DNA of 64,000 bases from Clostridiales bacterium (GCA_015069415.1 SVIQ01000004.1:17021-81020); one strand, 5' to 3'. Numbered from the stretch's first letter, positions 1-9,848 are shown. Program-made: numbers and translations. Notes: a model not told the origin generated them from the sequence alone.

Positions 1-1
1 G

Positions 2-448
2 TTTGGAATTGGTTGGTCAAAACATGTTCCAATCAATCCAATGAATTTCAAAAAGTACAGAGCAGGAACTAGGCTTGTGTCATTCTCTGGAATGCTTTCA
101 AATTTCTTGTTAGGATTAGCGAGCGCAATTACTTACTTTATTTGTAAAGATTTCTTGCCGGAAACTTCATTCTTATTCATTGTTTTGGACTACATTATGA
201 TTATCAACGGTTTCTTGGTGATGTTTAATATTATTCCAATCTTTCCGTTTGATGGTTTTACGTTTATTACATCATTTATGAGAAGTGACAACAAATTTAT
301 TCATTACAGCGTTAAAAACAGTATGAAAATTTTGTTTACAACACTAATTGTTGTTCTCATTATTGAAATATTTACAGGGTTTAACCTGCTTGATTGGTTC
401 TTAAGTTTGGTTTATGGATATATCTACTTGCCAATTGCTTTAATTTAG
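2..448 (+). CDS. Peptidase M50 / site-2 protease family membrane protein, C-terminal part (5' end upstream of window)
   Basis: Frame is open from base 2 (FGIGWSKHVPINP precedes the first Met at 41). Polytopic hydrophobic protein with the S2P-type motif FNIIPIFPFDG. Confidence 0.7.
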   Translation, partial: FGIGWSKHVPINPMNFKKYRAGTRLVSFSGMLSNFLLGLASAITYFICKDFLPETSFLFIVLDYIMIINGFLVMFNIIPIFPFDGFTFITSFMRSDNKFIHYSVKNSMKILFTTLIVVLIIEIFTGFNLLDWFLSLVYGYIYLPIALI

Positions 449-457
449 GGGTAAAAA

Positions 458-1204
458 GTGGAAGAGTTATACGAAGGAGAGTCTAAATTAACTTTTAAAC
501 TAGAGGGATTTGAAGGTCCTCTAGATCTTTTGTTGCACTTAATTAAAGAAAGCAATGTGTCAATCATGGAAGTTCAAATTTCCAGCATTACTGATCAATA
601 TATGAAGTACATGGAAAATTTAAGGGAACTAGACATGGATGAAGCGACAGCATTTTTGGATATGACAAGTAGATTGCTTGAAATTAAATCGAGAAGTTTA
701 CTTCCTGTTGAAGCTAGTGATGACGAAGAAGATCAAATTGATCCAGAAACATTACTTAAAATGCAACTTCAAGAGTATCAATTGTTTAAAGAAGCAAGCG
801 GAAATCTTCAACCTCTTGAAAATGTAAACAGACTTTACAAGCAACCAGATAAGTCAGTTGGAGATGCTAGAATTGTTTTCAATCAATTCAATCTTGACAA
901 ATTGTTAGATGCTTTTGCTTTTATCTTAATGAGAACAAAAGACAAAGAAAATCCACCTGAAAAGAAAATTAACAGAGACAGATGGACTGTTGCTGAAAAG
1001 ATTGATTTCTTGAATGCGACCTTAAAAGATAACGAACAAATTAATTTCTTTAGTTTGTTTGATGAAACGTATTCAAAACTAGAAGTAATTACAGTGTTTA
1101 TGGCGATTTTAGAATTGCTCAAATTTCAAAAAATCGAAGTTGTGCAATCTGAAAGATATGCCGATATAACTATTAAGAGAAAGGAGGTGCATGATGAACC
1201 TTAA
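458..1204 (+). CDS. scpA: Segregation and condensation protein A (kleisin)
   Basis: GTG start. N-terminal motif FKLEGFEGPLDLLLHLIKE. 14-nt overlap with scpB. Confidence 0.9.
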   Translation: MEELYEGESKLTFKLEGFEGPLDLLLHLIKESNVSIMEVQISSITDQYMKYMENLRELDMDEATAFLDMTSRLLEIKSRSLLPVEASDDEEDQIDPETLLKMQLQEYQLFKEASGNLQPLENVNRLYKQPDKSVGDARIVFNQFNLDKLLDAFAFILMRTKDKENPPEKKINRDRWTVAEKIDFLNATLKDNEQINFFSLFDETYSKLEVITVFMAILELLKFQKIEVVQSERYADITIKRKEVHDEP

Positions 1205-1814
1205 GGAAATAGCGAAAATTGTTGAAGGTGTTTTATTCGTTGCGGGAGAAGGTGTTGAAGTAGACGAATTTAAAACTCGTTTTGACATGAACGATAGAGA
1301 ATTTAACAAAGTTGTAGACATCTTAAAAGAAAAATATAACGAAACAAGCGGAGTTAATATAATTCGATTCAAAACTAAAATTCAACTTTGTTCAAATCCT
1401 GAAATAGTGGATAATATTAGTGAAATATTAAATCCAATTAGAGAAAGAAGTTTAACAAAAGCGGCGTTGGAAACAGTCGCAATAATTGCTTACAAACAAC
1501 CAATTACTCGTACAGAAATTGAAAATATTCGTGGTGCAAACAGTGATTATGCTATTCAACTTTTACAATCGAACAATCTTATTGAAGTTGTTGGAAGAAA
1601 GGACACTGTTGGTAAGCCGTTGCTGTTCGGAACTACAGAAAACTTCTTAAAACGTTTTGAACTTGAAAATATTGATGCTCTTCCAAATTATAATGAACTT
1701 CTTGACAGAATTAGAGTCATTCATAGCGAAGGTGAATCATTGTACAGAGAATTCTCAATTCCAGATGAAGAACCTAAACAAGAAGAAAAAAATGACGAGG
1801 AACAACCCGCATAA
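1191..1814 (+). CDS. scpB: Segregation and condensation protein B
   Basis: EIAKIVEGVLFVAGEGV and AALETVAIIAYKQPITRTEIENIRG winged-helix motifs. Follows scpA. Confidence 0.9.
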   Translation: MMNLKEIAKIVEGVLFVAGEGVEVDEFKTRFDMNDREFNKVVDILKEKYNETSGVNIIRFKTKIQLCSNPEIVDNISEILNPIRERSLTKAALETVAIIAYKQPITRTEIENIRGANSDYAIQLLQSNNLIEVVGRKDTVGKPLLFGTTENFLKRFELENIDALPNYNELLDRIRVIHSEGESLYREFSIPDEEPKQEEKNDEEQPA

Positions 1815-1823
1815 ATTTGAAAA

Positions 1824-1851
1824 TTAATAGATCTTTCTATTAATTTTTTTT
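1824..1851 (+). terminator. Intrinsic terminator after scpB
   Basis: TTAATAGA-TCTT-TCTATTAA followed by T8. Confidence 0.65.
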
Positions 1852-1864
1852 ACTAAAAATTTTT

Positions 1865-1893
1865 GCATAAAAAGATTAATTAATGAGAAACTA
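1865..1893 (+). promoter_or_regulatory. Candidate forespore sigma-F/G-type promoter upstream of ytfIJ
   Basis: GCATA, then 14 nt, then TGAGAAACTA approximates the sigma-F consensus (GCATR...GGnnAnAHTR). ytfJ belongs to the Bacillus forespore regulon. Confidence 0.25.
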
Positions 1894-1898
1894 GTTAC

Positions 1899-2450
1899 AT
1901 GTGGTCTCTTATTTTTTTCTTTATGAATGTAATGAACATTTTGTCGTTCATTTATCCATTCCTTGTTGAGTTTGATGTTAGAATGAATGTGCTTAAATTA
2001 AAGGGAATTGTAAGCATTAAGCTTTTTAATAAAATCAAATTTGAATTTAGAATTAGAGTAAAACATGGATACATTTATATTAATCATAAAAACAAATTAA
2101 GGAAAGAAAAAATTAGTAATAAAAATGTTAATTTAGTTTTTATTATGAAATTAATAAATCAATTGTATTTTAGAGAGCAATTTTTGAAGTTTTTTGTTAA
2201 ATCAAATTTTGGTTACTCTGAAGATGCCTGCGTTACCGCTGTAGCCTCTGGAAACATTGATATATTTACAAAAATGTTTTTGGGAAAAATTAAAAATAAT
2301 AAAAAATCTGCACATATTTTAGTTTCAGTTGAGCCAAAATACAATGAAGATGTATTTAATATTCGTGTAAATAATATAGTAAGAATTTCAGTTGTGGATT
2401 TGATTTACACGCTTATTTATACAAAATTATCTGCATGGAGAAAAGTATGA
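1899..2450 (+). CDS. YtfI-like (DUF2953-type) sporulation-associated protein
   Basis: Lies directly upstream of ytfJ and is ATGA-coupled to it, as in Bacillus ytfI-ytfJ. The family call rests on synteny and recollection. Start is uncertain (ATG 1899 or 1923). Confidence 0.45.
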   Translation: MWSLIFFFMNVMNILSFIYPFLVEFDVRMNVLKLKGIVSIKLFNKIKFEFRIRVKHGYIYINHKNKLRKEKISNKNVNLVFIMKLINQLYFREQFLKFFVKSNFGYSEDACVTAVASGNIDIFTKMFLGKIKNNKKSAHILVSVEPKYNEDVFNIRVNNIVRISVVDLIYTLIYTKLSAWRKV

Positions 2451-2845
2451 AAAAAGTTGACAGAGTAAATTTAAACAAGGATAAAAAGATTGAATCTTTA
2501 ATTGATGTGTCTATTGACAAAATTAGGTCGCTGATTGATGTGAACTGTGTGATTGGAAATCCTATAACTCTTCCGAATGACAACACAATTATTCCTATTT
2601 CAAAAGTGAGCGTAGGATTTATTTCGGGAGGCGGAGAGTACAGTGATTTAAATGCAAAACGCAATTCAGCAGATTTCCCAATGGCTGGTGGAACTGGAGG
2701 AGGATTTTCTGTTTCGCCAATAGGTTTTTTTGTGGTCGAAAAAGATAAATTTAAGATTATCAGAGCTGACAAATCTACTGCATATTTAGGACTAATAAAA
2801 AATGCAACAGAAGTTCTTAAAAAAGTTTTGGAGAGCCAAAAATGA
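2447..2845 (+). CDS. ytfJ: Sporulation protein YtfJ (GerW family)
   Basis: GNPITLPNDNTIIPISKVSVGFISGGGEYS and MAGGTGGGFSVSPIGFFVV are family-typical. Start moved to ATG 2447 (GGAGAAAAGT RBS, ATGA overlap with the upstream stop). Confidence 0.8.
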   Translation: MKKVDRVNLNKDKKIESLIDVSIDKIRSLIDVNCVIGNPITLPNDNTIIPISKVSVGFISGGGEYSDLNAKRNSADFPMAGGTGGGFSVSPIGFFVVEKDKFKIIRADKSTAYLGLIKNATEVLKKVLESQK

Positions 2846-3981
2846 AAAAGTTAGGAGCTGTTTTTCTTCTTGCTTTGATATGTGCTGTTTGTTTTGTACC
2901 TAATTTAAAGACGACTTACGCATATTTAGACACTTCAAGCGGAAAAGCAATGTGCGTAATCGAAAAAGATAGTGGGCGAATTTTGTTTAGTAAAAATGAA
3001 AAAACTAAACTTCCTATGGCGTCTACAACAAAAGTTGTTACTGCAATCACTGTTCTTGAAAATTGTGATGACTTAAATGAAATGATAACAGTAGACAATT
3101 CTTGCATTGGAGTAGAAGGAACATCAATTTATTTAAGACGTGGCGAACAAATTAAAGTTATAGATTTACTTTACGGGCTAATGTTAAGAAGCGGTAACGA
3201 TTCGGCTGTGGCACTTGCTTGTCACACAGCTGGAAGCGTAAATGAATTTGCAAAACTTATGAATGCAACAGCTGTAAAAGTGGGAGCTAATTCATCAAAC
3301 TTTGTTAATCCTCACGGATTGCACAATGAAAATCATTACACAACGGCACATGATTTAGCTTTAATTACAGCTCATGCTTTAAATAATCCTACTTTTAAAG
3401 AAATTGTTAGCACGAAAACACATGTAATAGAAGCAACTAATTGTTCAGACAAAAGATACTTAACAAATAAGAATAAACTCTTATCTACCTTAGATGGTTG
3501 CGTTGGTGTGAAAACGGGATTTACCATGAAGGCAGGACGATGTCTAGTAAGCGCTTGTGAAAGAAAAAATATGACAACTGTATGCGTTGTGCTTAATTGC
3601 GGACCTATGTTTGAAGAAAGTAAGGAACTTTTAAATTCCTCTTTTGACACATTTGAAAACATTAAACTAATCGACGCTAACGAAGAAATCTACAATGAAT
3701 ATGTCGAAAATGACACACACGCAAGATTATATTTATACGCTGAAGAAGATTTCTTTTATCCTTTAAAAGAAAGCGAAAAATCAGAAATTAGAAAAGAGTA
3801 CACTGTTAGGTTGGATGATGCTGAAATCGGAGACGAGGTTGGAGAAATTAAAGTATTTTTAAATAATCACTTGATTAAATCTCAAAAATTGTATACAATG
3901 AATAAAATTGATAAACTAATTGACAGTAAAACACTGCAAATTAGCGAAGCACTATGGGAAGAAGGATTAAATGAGAATTAA
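2842..3981 (+). CDS. dacB: D-alanyl-D-alanine carboxypeptidase (peptidase S11, low-MW PBP)
   Basis: Signal peptide present. Motifs SxxK (ASTTKV), SxN (SGND) and KTG (VKTGFT). The symbol is assigned only from scpAB-neighbourhood synteny with Bacillus. Confidence 0.8.
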   Translation: MKKLGAVFLLALICAVCFVPNLKTTYAYLDTSSGKAMCVIEKDSGRILFSKNEKTKLPMASTTKVVTAITVLENCDDLNEMITVDNSCIGVEGTSIYLRRGEQIKVIDLLYGLMLRSGNDSAVALACHTAGSVNEFAKLMNATAVKVGANSSNFVNPHGLHNENHYTTAHDLALITAHALNNPTFKEIVSTKTHVIEATNCSDKRYLTNKNKLLSTLDGCVGVKTGFTMKAGRCLVSACERKNMTTVCVVLNCGPMFEESKELLNSSFDTFENIKLIDANEEIYNEYVENDTHARLYLYAEEDFFYPLKESEKSEIRKEYTVRLDDAEIGDEVGEIKVFLNNHLIKSQKLYTMNKIDKLIDSKTLQISEALWEEGLNEN

Positions 3982-4684
3982 CAAGTATTTATCCACTGCA
4001 GGAATTGCCAGCAGACGAAAAGTTGAAGAATTTATTTTAAAAGGTCAAGTAAAAGTTAACGGAAAGGTTGTAAAAGACCTTTCTTGTGACATTAAAGACA
4101 CTGACATTGTTTATTTCAACAACAATATTGTAAGAGTGAGTCAAAATTTTGATTATTACAAACTTCACAAACCAAAAGGTTATGTTACAACTTCAAGTGA
4201 TGACAAGGACAGAAAAACTGTTATGGATTTGATGCGCGGAGTGCATTCTAGAGTTTTCCCTGTAGGTCGACTTGATTATGAGACGGAAGGACTTCTTATC
4301 ATGACAAACGACGGAGAGATTACTAACATTTTGACTAAGCCTTCTAGTGACGTTGAAAAAATCTATATGGTACACATTGATTCTGGTATAACAAAAGACG
4401 AAATCAAGAAATTGTCTTTAGGTGTTGACATTGGGGGATATACAACTAAACCATGCCGTGTGCTACCAATTGAAGTAAAAGATGATTTTTCTAAAATAGA
4501 AATTACAATTAGCGAAGGAAAGAATCGTCAAGTAAGAAAAATGATGGAAGCTGTTGGAAAGAATGTAACCCTTTTAAGAAGAATTCAAATAGGAGAGATT
4601 CGTTTAGGCGGACTTTCTCGTGGTGAATACACTAAACTAAACCAAAAAGAAATCAACTACTTAAAAAGTTTAAAGAAAAAGTAA
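3971..4684 (+). CDS. rluB: 23S rRNA pseudouridine synthase, RluB/RsuA family
   Basis: S4 domain MRINKYLSTAGIASRRKVEEFI. Catalytic GRLDYETEGLL motif. GKNRQVRKM. Confidence 0.85.
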   Translation: MRINKYLSTAGIASRRKVEEFILKGQVKVNGKVVKDLSCDIKDTDIVYFNNNIVRVSQNFDYYKLHKPKGYVTTSSDDKDRKTVMDLMRGVHSRVFPVGRLDYETEGLLIMTNDGEITNILTKPSSDVEKIYMVHIDSGITKDEIKKLSLGVDIGGYTTKPCRVLPIEVKDDFSKIEITISEGKNRQVRKMMEAVGKNVTLLRRIQIGEIRLGGLSRGEYTKLNQKEINYLKSLKKK

Positions 4685-4687
4685 AAA

Positions 4688-4710
4688 GGTGAGTTTTCTC
4701 ATCTTTTTTT
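4688..4710 (+). terminator. Intrinsic terminator after rluB
   Basis: GGTGAG-TTTT-CTCATC followed by T7. Confidence 0.6.
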
Positions 4711-4740
4711 CATGCTTTTGTCTTGAGTCTTTTCATTCAT

Positions 4741-4769
4741 TTGCAAAAGTAGAAAAAATATGTTAAAAT
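4741..4769 (+). promoter_or_regulatory. Sigma-A type promoter
   Basis: TTGCAA-17 nt-TAAAAT with TG at -15/-14. Confidence 0.5.
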
Positions 4770-4776
4770 AAATCAA

Positions 4777-6000
4777 ATGAAAAATTATGATGTAATTATA
4801 ATAGGTGGCGGAGCGTCTGGCATGATGACGTCGATTTTTTGTGCGCGTGACGGACTTAAAACGCTAGTCCTTGAACATAATGAAAAATTAGGTAAAAAGT
4901 TGTTTATTACAGGTAAGGGCAGATGTAACTTAACTAATGCGAGCGAAATTGAAACTCATTTAAATAACATTGTTACAAATTCTAAATTTATGTATTCTTC
5001 ACTCAATGCTTTTACACCAATTGACACAATTAATTTCTTTAATGAGTTGGGATTAAAGACAAAAGTTGAAAGAGGTAACAGAGTTTTCCCGCTTAGCGAC
5101 AAATCTAGCGATGTAATTAAGTCGCTTACAAACGCTATGGAAAGATATGGCGTGGAAGTTGAGTTGAATACTGAAGTTTTAAGTGTTACTAAAAATAATG
5201 ATGAATTCAATATATTGTGTTTAGAAAATAAAATATACACAGCAAAAAGTGTAGTCGTGGCAACGGGTGGCGTGTCGTATTCAGGAACGGGTGCTTCGAG
5301 CATAGGTTATGAAATTGCAAAAAGTTTTAATCATAATGTGGTAGAAACAAAAAGCGCATTGTGTCCAATTTTAGTAGAAGAAAATGTAGAGAAACTAAAT
5401 GGCTTATCGCTTAGAAATGTAAATGCAACGATTAAGGTTGGTGGTAAAAAATACGAAGAATTTGGCGAAATGATGTTCACTTACAATTCGATTACAGGTC
5501 CAATTGCTTTGACATTGTCTAGTAAAATCAACAAATTCGATTTAACAAATGTTGCTTTTTCAATAGACTTAAAACCAGCGCTTTCTAGAGAAAAATTAGA
5601 AGAAAAATTCGCTCGTGAAAGTAAAGAATTTGCTAAAAAGGACGTTAAAACTTATTTGATTTCATTAATGCCTGCAAAATTAACGGATATTTTTATGCAA
5701 AAAGCAAGGTTAACTAACAAAAAAGTAGCCGAAATAACTAAAATAGAAAGAAATAACTTAATAAACACCTTAAAACAATTTGACTTTAAAATAAAATCAT
5801 TAGATAATATAAACGTTAGTATTGTTACTTCTGGCGGAGTGGACACAAAGGAAATTTCAAGCAAAACTTGTGAAAGTAAGCTCGTTAAAAACTTGTATTT
5901 CATTGGTGAAGTTTTAGACGTAGACGCTTTAACTGGAGGATTTAATTTACAAATTGCGTGGTCAACAGCGTATGCTTGCGCTAGCGCATTAAAAGGATAG
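4777..6000 (+). CDS. NAD(P)/FAD-dependent oxidoreductase, HI0933/YhiN/BaiN family
   Basis: Rossmann motif DVIIIGGGASGMM. C-terminal GEVLDVDALTGGFNLQIAWSTA. Confidence 0.8.
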   Translation: MKNYDVIIIGGGASGMMTSIFCARDGLKTLVLEHNEKLGKKLFITGKGRCNLTNASEIETHLNNIVTNSKFMYSSLNAFTPIDTINFFNELGLKTKVERGNRVFPLSDKSSDVIKSLTNAMERYGVEVELNTEVLSVTKNNDEFNILCLENKIYTAKSVVVATGGVSYSGTGASSIGYEIAKSFNHNVVETKSALCPILVEENVEKLNGLSLRNVNATIKVGGKKYEEFGEMMFTYNSITGPIALTLSSKINKFDLTNVAFSIDLKPALSREKLEEKFARESKEFAKKDVKTYLISLMPAKLTDIFMQKARLTNKKVAEITKIERNNLINTLKQFDFKIKSLDNINVSIVTSGGVDTKEISSKTCESKLVKNLYFIGEVLDVDALTGGFNLQIAWSTAYACASALKG

Positions 6001-6002
6001 AT

Positions 6003-6599
6003 ATGATACATTTAATTTGCATGACAATAATTGCTTTACCAATGCTTTTGTTGTTCCCTGTAAAAAAGGTTGGAAAGAAAAATTTAAAACAGTTAAAAGG
6101 TAAAAATTACATTATTTCTTGTAATCACATGTCAAATTGTGACGCTGTAATGATGGATATTTTGTTCTTTAAAAAATTTAGATTTTTGTCAAAAAAAGAA
6201 CTATATGAAAACAAATTTGCTGGTTTCTTCATGCGTAAATTCGGCGGAATTCCAGTTGACAGAAACAATCCAGACCCTAAGGCAATTAAAGAAGTTTTTT
6301 CAGTGATTAAAAAGGGTAAAAAAGTTTGTATTTTCCCACAAGGAACTAGAAAACCAACTCCATATGTTGATGGCGACAGCGCAAAAGAAGGAGTTGCAAT
6401 GTTTTCAATCAGAACCGGAACTCCAGTTGTGCCTATGGCTTACACAAGAAAGTTTAAAATTTTTAGACGCAACAAGCTTTTAATTGGTGAGCCATTGTAC
6501 CCAGACGTTGACAGAAAGAAAGACAAAGCATACGTTTCAGAGTTTGCGGATCTTATTGTTAGCAAAATGAATGAATTACTTGACGGAGATAAGAAATAA
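6003..6599 (+). CDS. plsC: 1-acyl-sn-glycerol-3-phosphate acyltransferase
   Basis: HX4D motif (NHMSNCD) and FPQGTR block. N-terminal membrane anchor. Confidence 0.8.
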   Translation: MIHLICMTIIALPMLLLFPVKKVGKKNLKQLKGKNYIISCNHMSNCDAVMMDILFFKKFRFLSKKELYENKFAGFFMRKFGGIPVDRNNPDPKAIKEVFSVIKKGKKVCIFPQGTRKPTPYVDGDSAKEGVAMFSIRTGTPVVPMAYTRKFKIFRRNKLLIGEPLYPDVDRKKDKAYVSEFADLIVSKMNELLDGDKK

Positions 6600-7600
6600 T
6601 GAAAATGAAAGATTTTAACATAAGTTTTACGCAATATAATCGTGGAGATATCATTACTGGAACGATTGTAATGATTGGAGAAAAAGAGATTGTTGTTGCT
6701 TTAGGAGGGCTTAAAGAAGGAGTTTTCCCTAAAACAGAACTTGAACCTAATTTTAAGATTGGTGACGCTATTTTAGTTATGGTTACTGGCGAGATTGATG
6801 ACAAAGGATGCTTAGTTTTAACTCATGCTGGAATTAATAAAATTCTAGAAGACAAGGAAAAACTTAAAAACTTAAAAGTTGGTAGTGATTTTTCATTTGT
6901 GGTAAGTGAAGTGAGTGGACACGGCATTCTGGGCGATTTTATGGGTTACAGGGTTTTCTTGCCTTTTAGCCAATGCTCAACAAGTGATTACCAAAACAAA
7001 GATGATTTAAAATCAAGAGAGATTACTGCAATAGTGGTAGAAATTGACAACATAAAAAAATCAATTGTTTGTAGTACAAAGTTACTAAACAACGAAGAAA
7101 TTACACCAGTACAAGCGGGCGATGTTTTAAACGGTAAAGTCATTAAACTTGAAAATATGTTTGCAATCATCCTTTTAGAAAATGGAGCAAAAGCAAAGCT
7201 TTCAATTAAAGATGCTAGTTACAATCATATTTCATCTCTTGAAGAGGTTGTTAAACTTAATGAAGAAAGATTGTTTAAAATCTTAGAAACCAACACAGAT
7301 TTCTCAAGAATTAGTGTTGGCATTAAGCAATTAGAAACTGATCCACGTGACAAAGTGTTTAATTCAATCAGCCTTGGAGATGTAGTACATGGTCAAGTGG
7401 TGAAAATTTTACCTGTTGGAGCTTTAATTAAGCTTGAAAATGGTTTAACAGCGCTTGCTGTTACTAGAGAAAATAGTGACAGAGCAAATGTTGCAACTCA
7501 TCACATCTATAAAATCAACAGCGAGGTCACTGGTTATATTTCACACATTGATGCTGAAAACCGAAAATTAAATATAATTACTAAAGTAAAAGCAGAATAA
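6599..7600 (+). CDS. S1 RNA-binding domain protein (Firmicute ribosomal protein S1 homologue, YpfD-like)
   Basis: Repeated S1/OB segments (GDIITGTIV, GDVLNGKVIKLE, GDVVHGQVVKILPVGALIKLENG). Confidence 0.7.
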   Translation: MKMKDFNISFTQYNRGDIITGTIVMIGEKEIVVALGGLKEGVFPKTELEPNFKIGDAILVMVTGEIDDKGCLVLTHAGINKILEDKEKLKNLKVGSDFSFVVSEVSGHGILGDFMGYRVFLPFSQCSTSDYQNKDDLKSREITAIVVEIDNIKKSIVCSTKLLNNEEITPVQAGDVLNGKVIKLENMFAIILLENGAKAKLSIKDASYNHISSLEEVVKLNEERLFKILETNTDFSRISVGIKQLETDPRDKVFNSISLGDVVHGQVVKILPVGALIKLENGLTALAVTRENSDRANVATHHIYKINSEVTGYISHIDAENRKLNIITKVKAE

Positions 7601-7611
7601 AATTTCAACAA

Positions 7612-7650
7612 TTTTCGACAAACCTATTGAAAAATGTCGAAATTTGTTTT
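7612..7650 (+). terminator. Terminator-like hairpin after the S1-domain gene
   Basis: TTTCGACA...TGTCGAAA (8 bp, 14-nt loop) followed by TTTGTTTT. Confidence 0.45.
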
Positions 7651-7662
7651 ATTATTAGCACC

Positions 7663-8652
7663 ATGCTCAAAAAATTGGTGCCGTATGCAATCTTTTCAGT
7701 AATTTTAGTTGTAAGCATAGCATTGCTTATAATTTTTTCACGCTCAAAAGAAAAAGACAAGGAAGAGATTGATTACGCAACAAGTTTAACACTAAATTGT
7801 CCAAGAGAAATTTCCATGAGCGTTGGATCGTCTTTAAGGTTAGACGATGATTTTATTTCGGTTGCTCCTAAAAGTCAAAAGAGTAAACTGAATTGCAACA
7901 TTACTGTTAAAAGTGGTTCAATTGACAACATAGTTTTTGAAAATAATATTATTTCTGCACTCAAATCTGGATATTATTATTTTAATTTTTCTGTTGTAGG
8001 ACAGAATGATATTGAATTAAAAGAGACCTTAAAAATTCATGTTTTTGAGGCTAGCAAAGATCCATATTTAAATTTAATAACAAACAAAATCAACGAGGGA
8101 GATTCTGTAGATTTCTCTCGTCTTTTTAATTTATATGGCAGTCCAAAAGACAAGAAAGTTCAAACAAATGATTTAATAAAGTTTGAAAATAACAAGTTTT
8201 TCTTTTTAGATGACGGATTGGGAACGATTAAAATAACGTTGGTTTTCGATTACTACAAAATAGACTATGAATTTAAAATTCAAATTCAAAAGAAAATTTC
8301 AACTAATCCGGATGATTATGATTACGACATAGAGTTTCCTCCAACAGAAAACAATCCGCCGAAAGAGGATGAACTTCCGGGAGTTTCCGATATCGTTATA
8401 ACCGCAACTTACGAGTTTGAATTTAAAGAAAATAAGAAGTACAAAATTCCTTACGTTGTAACGGACAACGGTCATGAATATGTAAATCAAAGTGTGAAAT
8501 GCATTAGTCTTGACACCTCTATTGTTGAAGTTTATGAATCGATTGATTTGTTCATAACAATAATTTGTAAATCTAAAGGCACTGCTCTGATTGAAATATA
8601 TAGTGAATTTGATCCAAGCGTAAAAAAGATAATTGAAATTCACTTGATTTAA
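7663..8652 (+). CDS. Membrane-anchored extracellular protein with Ig-like (Big_2-like) C-terminal segment, function unknown
   Basis: Signal anchor MLKKLVPYAIFSVILVVSIALLIIF. Beta-rich body; C-terminal SLDTSIVEV...KGTALIEIYS resembles Big_2. Start set to ATG 7663 because the TTG at 7627 lies inside the upstream terminator hairpin. Confidence 0.5.
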   Translation: MLKKLVPYAIFSVILVVSIALLIIFSRSKEKDKEEIDYATSLTLNCPREISMSVGSSLRLDDDFISVAPKSQKSKLNCNITVKSGSIDNIVFENNIISALKSGYYYFNFSVVGQNDIELKETLKIHVFEASKDPYLNLITNKINEGDSVDFSRLFNLYGSPKDKKVQTNDLIKFENNKFFFLDDGLGTIKITLVFDYYKIDYEFKIQIQKKISTNPDDYDYDIEFPPTENNPPKEDELPGVSDIVITATYEFEFKENKKYKIPYVVTDNGHEYVNQSVKCISLDTSIVEVYESIDLFITIICKSKGTALIEIYSEFDPSVKKIIEIHLI

Positions 8653-8687
8653 AAAAATTACTATGTTAAACTAAAAAAGAGGATATT

Positions 8688-9182
8688 ATGAAATTATTAG
8701 AAATAGGAAAAATAGTGCGCGTTCATGGAATAAAGGGCGCCGTGAAAGTGATTTGTTATGTTGATGAAGGCATGACAGAATTTAAACATATTTATTTAAC
8801 AAACAAGAAAATAGATGCTAACATTACAAGCGCAAGACCATTAACTGGAGATGCTTTTGTTGTAACAATTGACGTTTTAAAAGATATCGACACAGCCGAA
8901 AGATTTAAAAATCAATCTATTTACATTGATAGAGATGAGTACGATGAGTTTGAAAACAAGCTTTATATGTCAGATTTAATAGGGAAAGACGTAGTAAACG
9001 AAAAGAACGAAAAGATTGGTGAATTGTTAGACTATGACGATTATGGTGCTTCAATCATTCTTACAATTAAATGTGGAGTAAATTCTTATTCAATTCCTTT
9101 TGTTGAAGAAATAATTGTATTTGATGAAGACGATGATGTCTTCAAGATCAATCAAAAGACATTTGAGGATCTAAGAGTATGA
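8688..9182 (+). CDS. rimM: 16S rRNA processing protein RimM
   Basis: IGKIVRVHGIKGAVKV N-terminus. ATGA-coupled to trmD. Confidence 0.9.
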   Translation: MKLLEIGKIVRVHGIKGAVKVICYVDEGMTEFKHIYLTNKKIDANITSARPLTGDAFVVTIDVLKDIDTAERFKNQSIYIDRDEYDEFENKLYMSDLIGKDVVNEKNEKIGELLDYDDYGASIILTIKCGVNSYSIPFVEEIIVFDEDDDVFKINQKTFEDLRV

Positions 9183-9847
9183 AAATAGACATTTTAACGC
9201 TTTTTCCTGAGATGTTTGCTCCTCTTAAGGAAAGTATCATAAAAAGGGCAGTTGAAGACGGAAAAATTGAAATTAATATAATCAATATTAGAGATTTTGC
9301 TGTTCCTCCACATTTTAAATGCGATGACGAACCTTTTGGTGGCGGAGCTGGTATGGTTATGATGTGCGAACCTCTCTTTAAGGCTATTGAAAGCGTAAAA
9401 AAAGACAACTCTAAAATTTACTATATGTCGCCAAGAGGTAAGGTTTTTAATCAAGAATTGGCAAAAGAATTGTCAACATTTGAACACATTATTTTCATCT
9501 GTGGTCATTATGAAGGTATTGATCAAAGAGTAATTGATTATTTTAACATAGAAGAACTTTCAATTGGTGATTATGTTTTAACAGGTGGCGAACTTCCAGC
9601 AATGGTTGTATCCGACAGCATTATTCGTTTAATTCCTGGAGTAATTAAAGAAGATAGCACAAAAGAAGAAAGCTTTAGTGAAAATTTGCTTGAGTACAAT
9701 CAGTACACAAGACCAGCAGAATTTAGGGGAATAAAAGTTCCTGAAATTTTACTAAGTGGTAATCACAAAAAAATTGAAGAATTTAGAAAAAATGAATCAA
9801 TTACTATAACAAAGAAAAACAGACCGGATTTACTAAAAGGAGAATAG
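9179..9847 (+). CDS. trmD: tRNA (guanine37-N1)-methyltransferase
   Basis: MKIDILTLFPEMF, FGGGAGMVM, GHYEGIDQRV. Confidence 0.95.
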   Translation: MKIDILTLFPEMFAPLKESIIKRAVEDGKIEINIINIRDFAVPPHFKCDDEPFGGGAGMVMMCEPLFKAIESVKKDNSKIYYMSPRGKVFNQELAKELSTFEHIIFICGHYEGIDQRVIDYFNIEELSIGDYVLTGGELPAMVVSDSIIRLIPGVIKEDSTKEESFSENLLEYNQYTRPAEFRGIKVPEILLSGNHKKIEEFRKNESITITKKNRPDLLKGE

Positions 9848-9848
9848 T

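Noticed and set aside
883-1372. Minus-strand ORFs of 79 and 87 aa inside scpA/scpB. There are many similar antisense track ORFs, for example 2413-2772, 4956-5303, 5652-6011, 8299-8643, 21259-21567 and 22938-23243.
   Set aside because: They lie wholly inside well-supported genes on the other strand, lack RBSs, and have the Ser/Leu/Ile/Phe-rich composition typical of shadow frames in AT-rich coding DNA.
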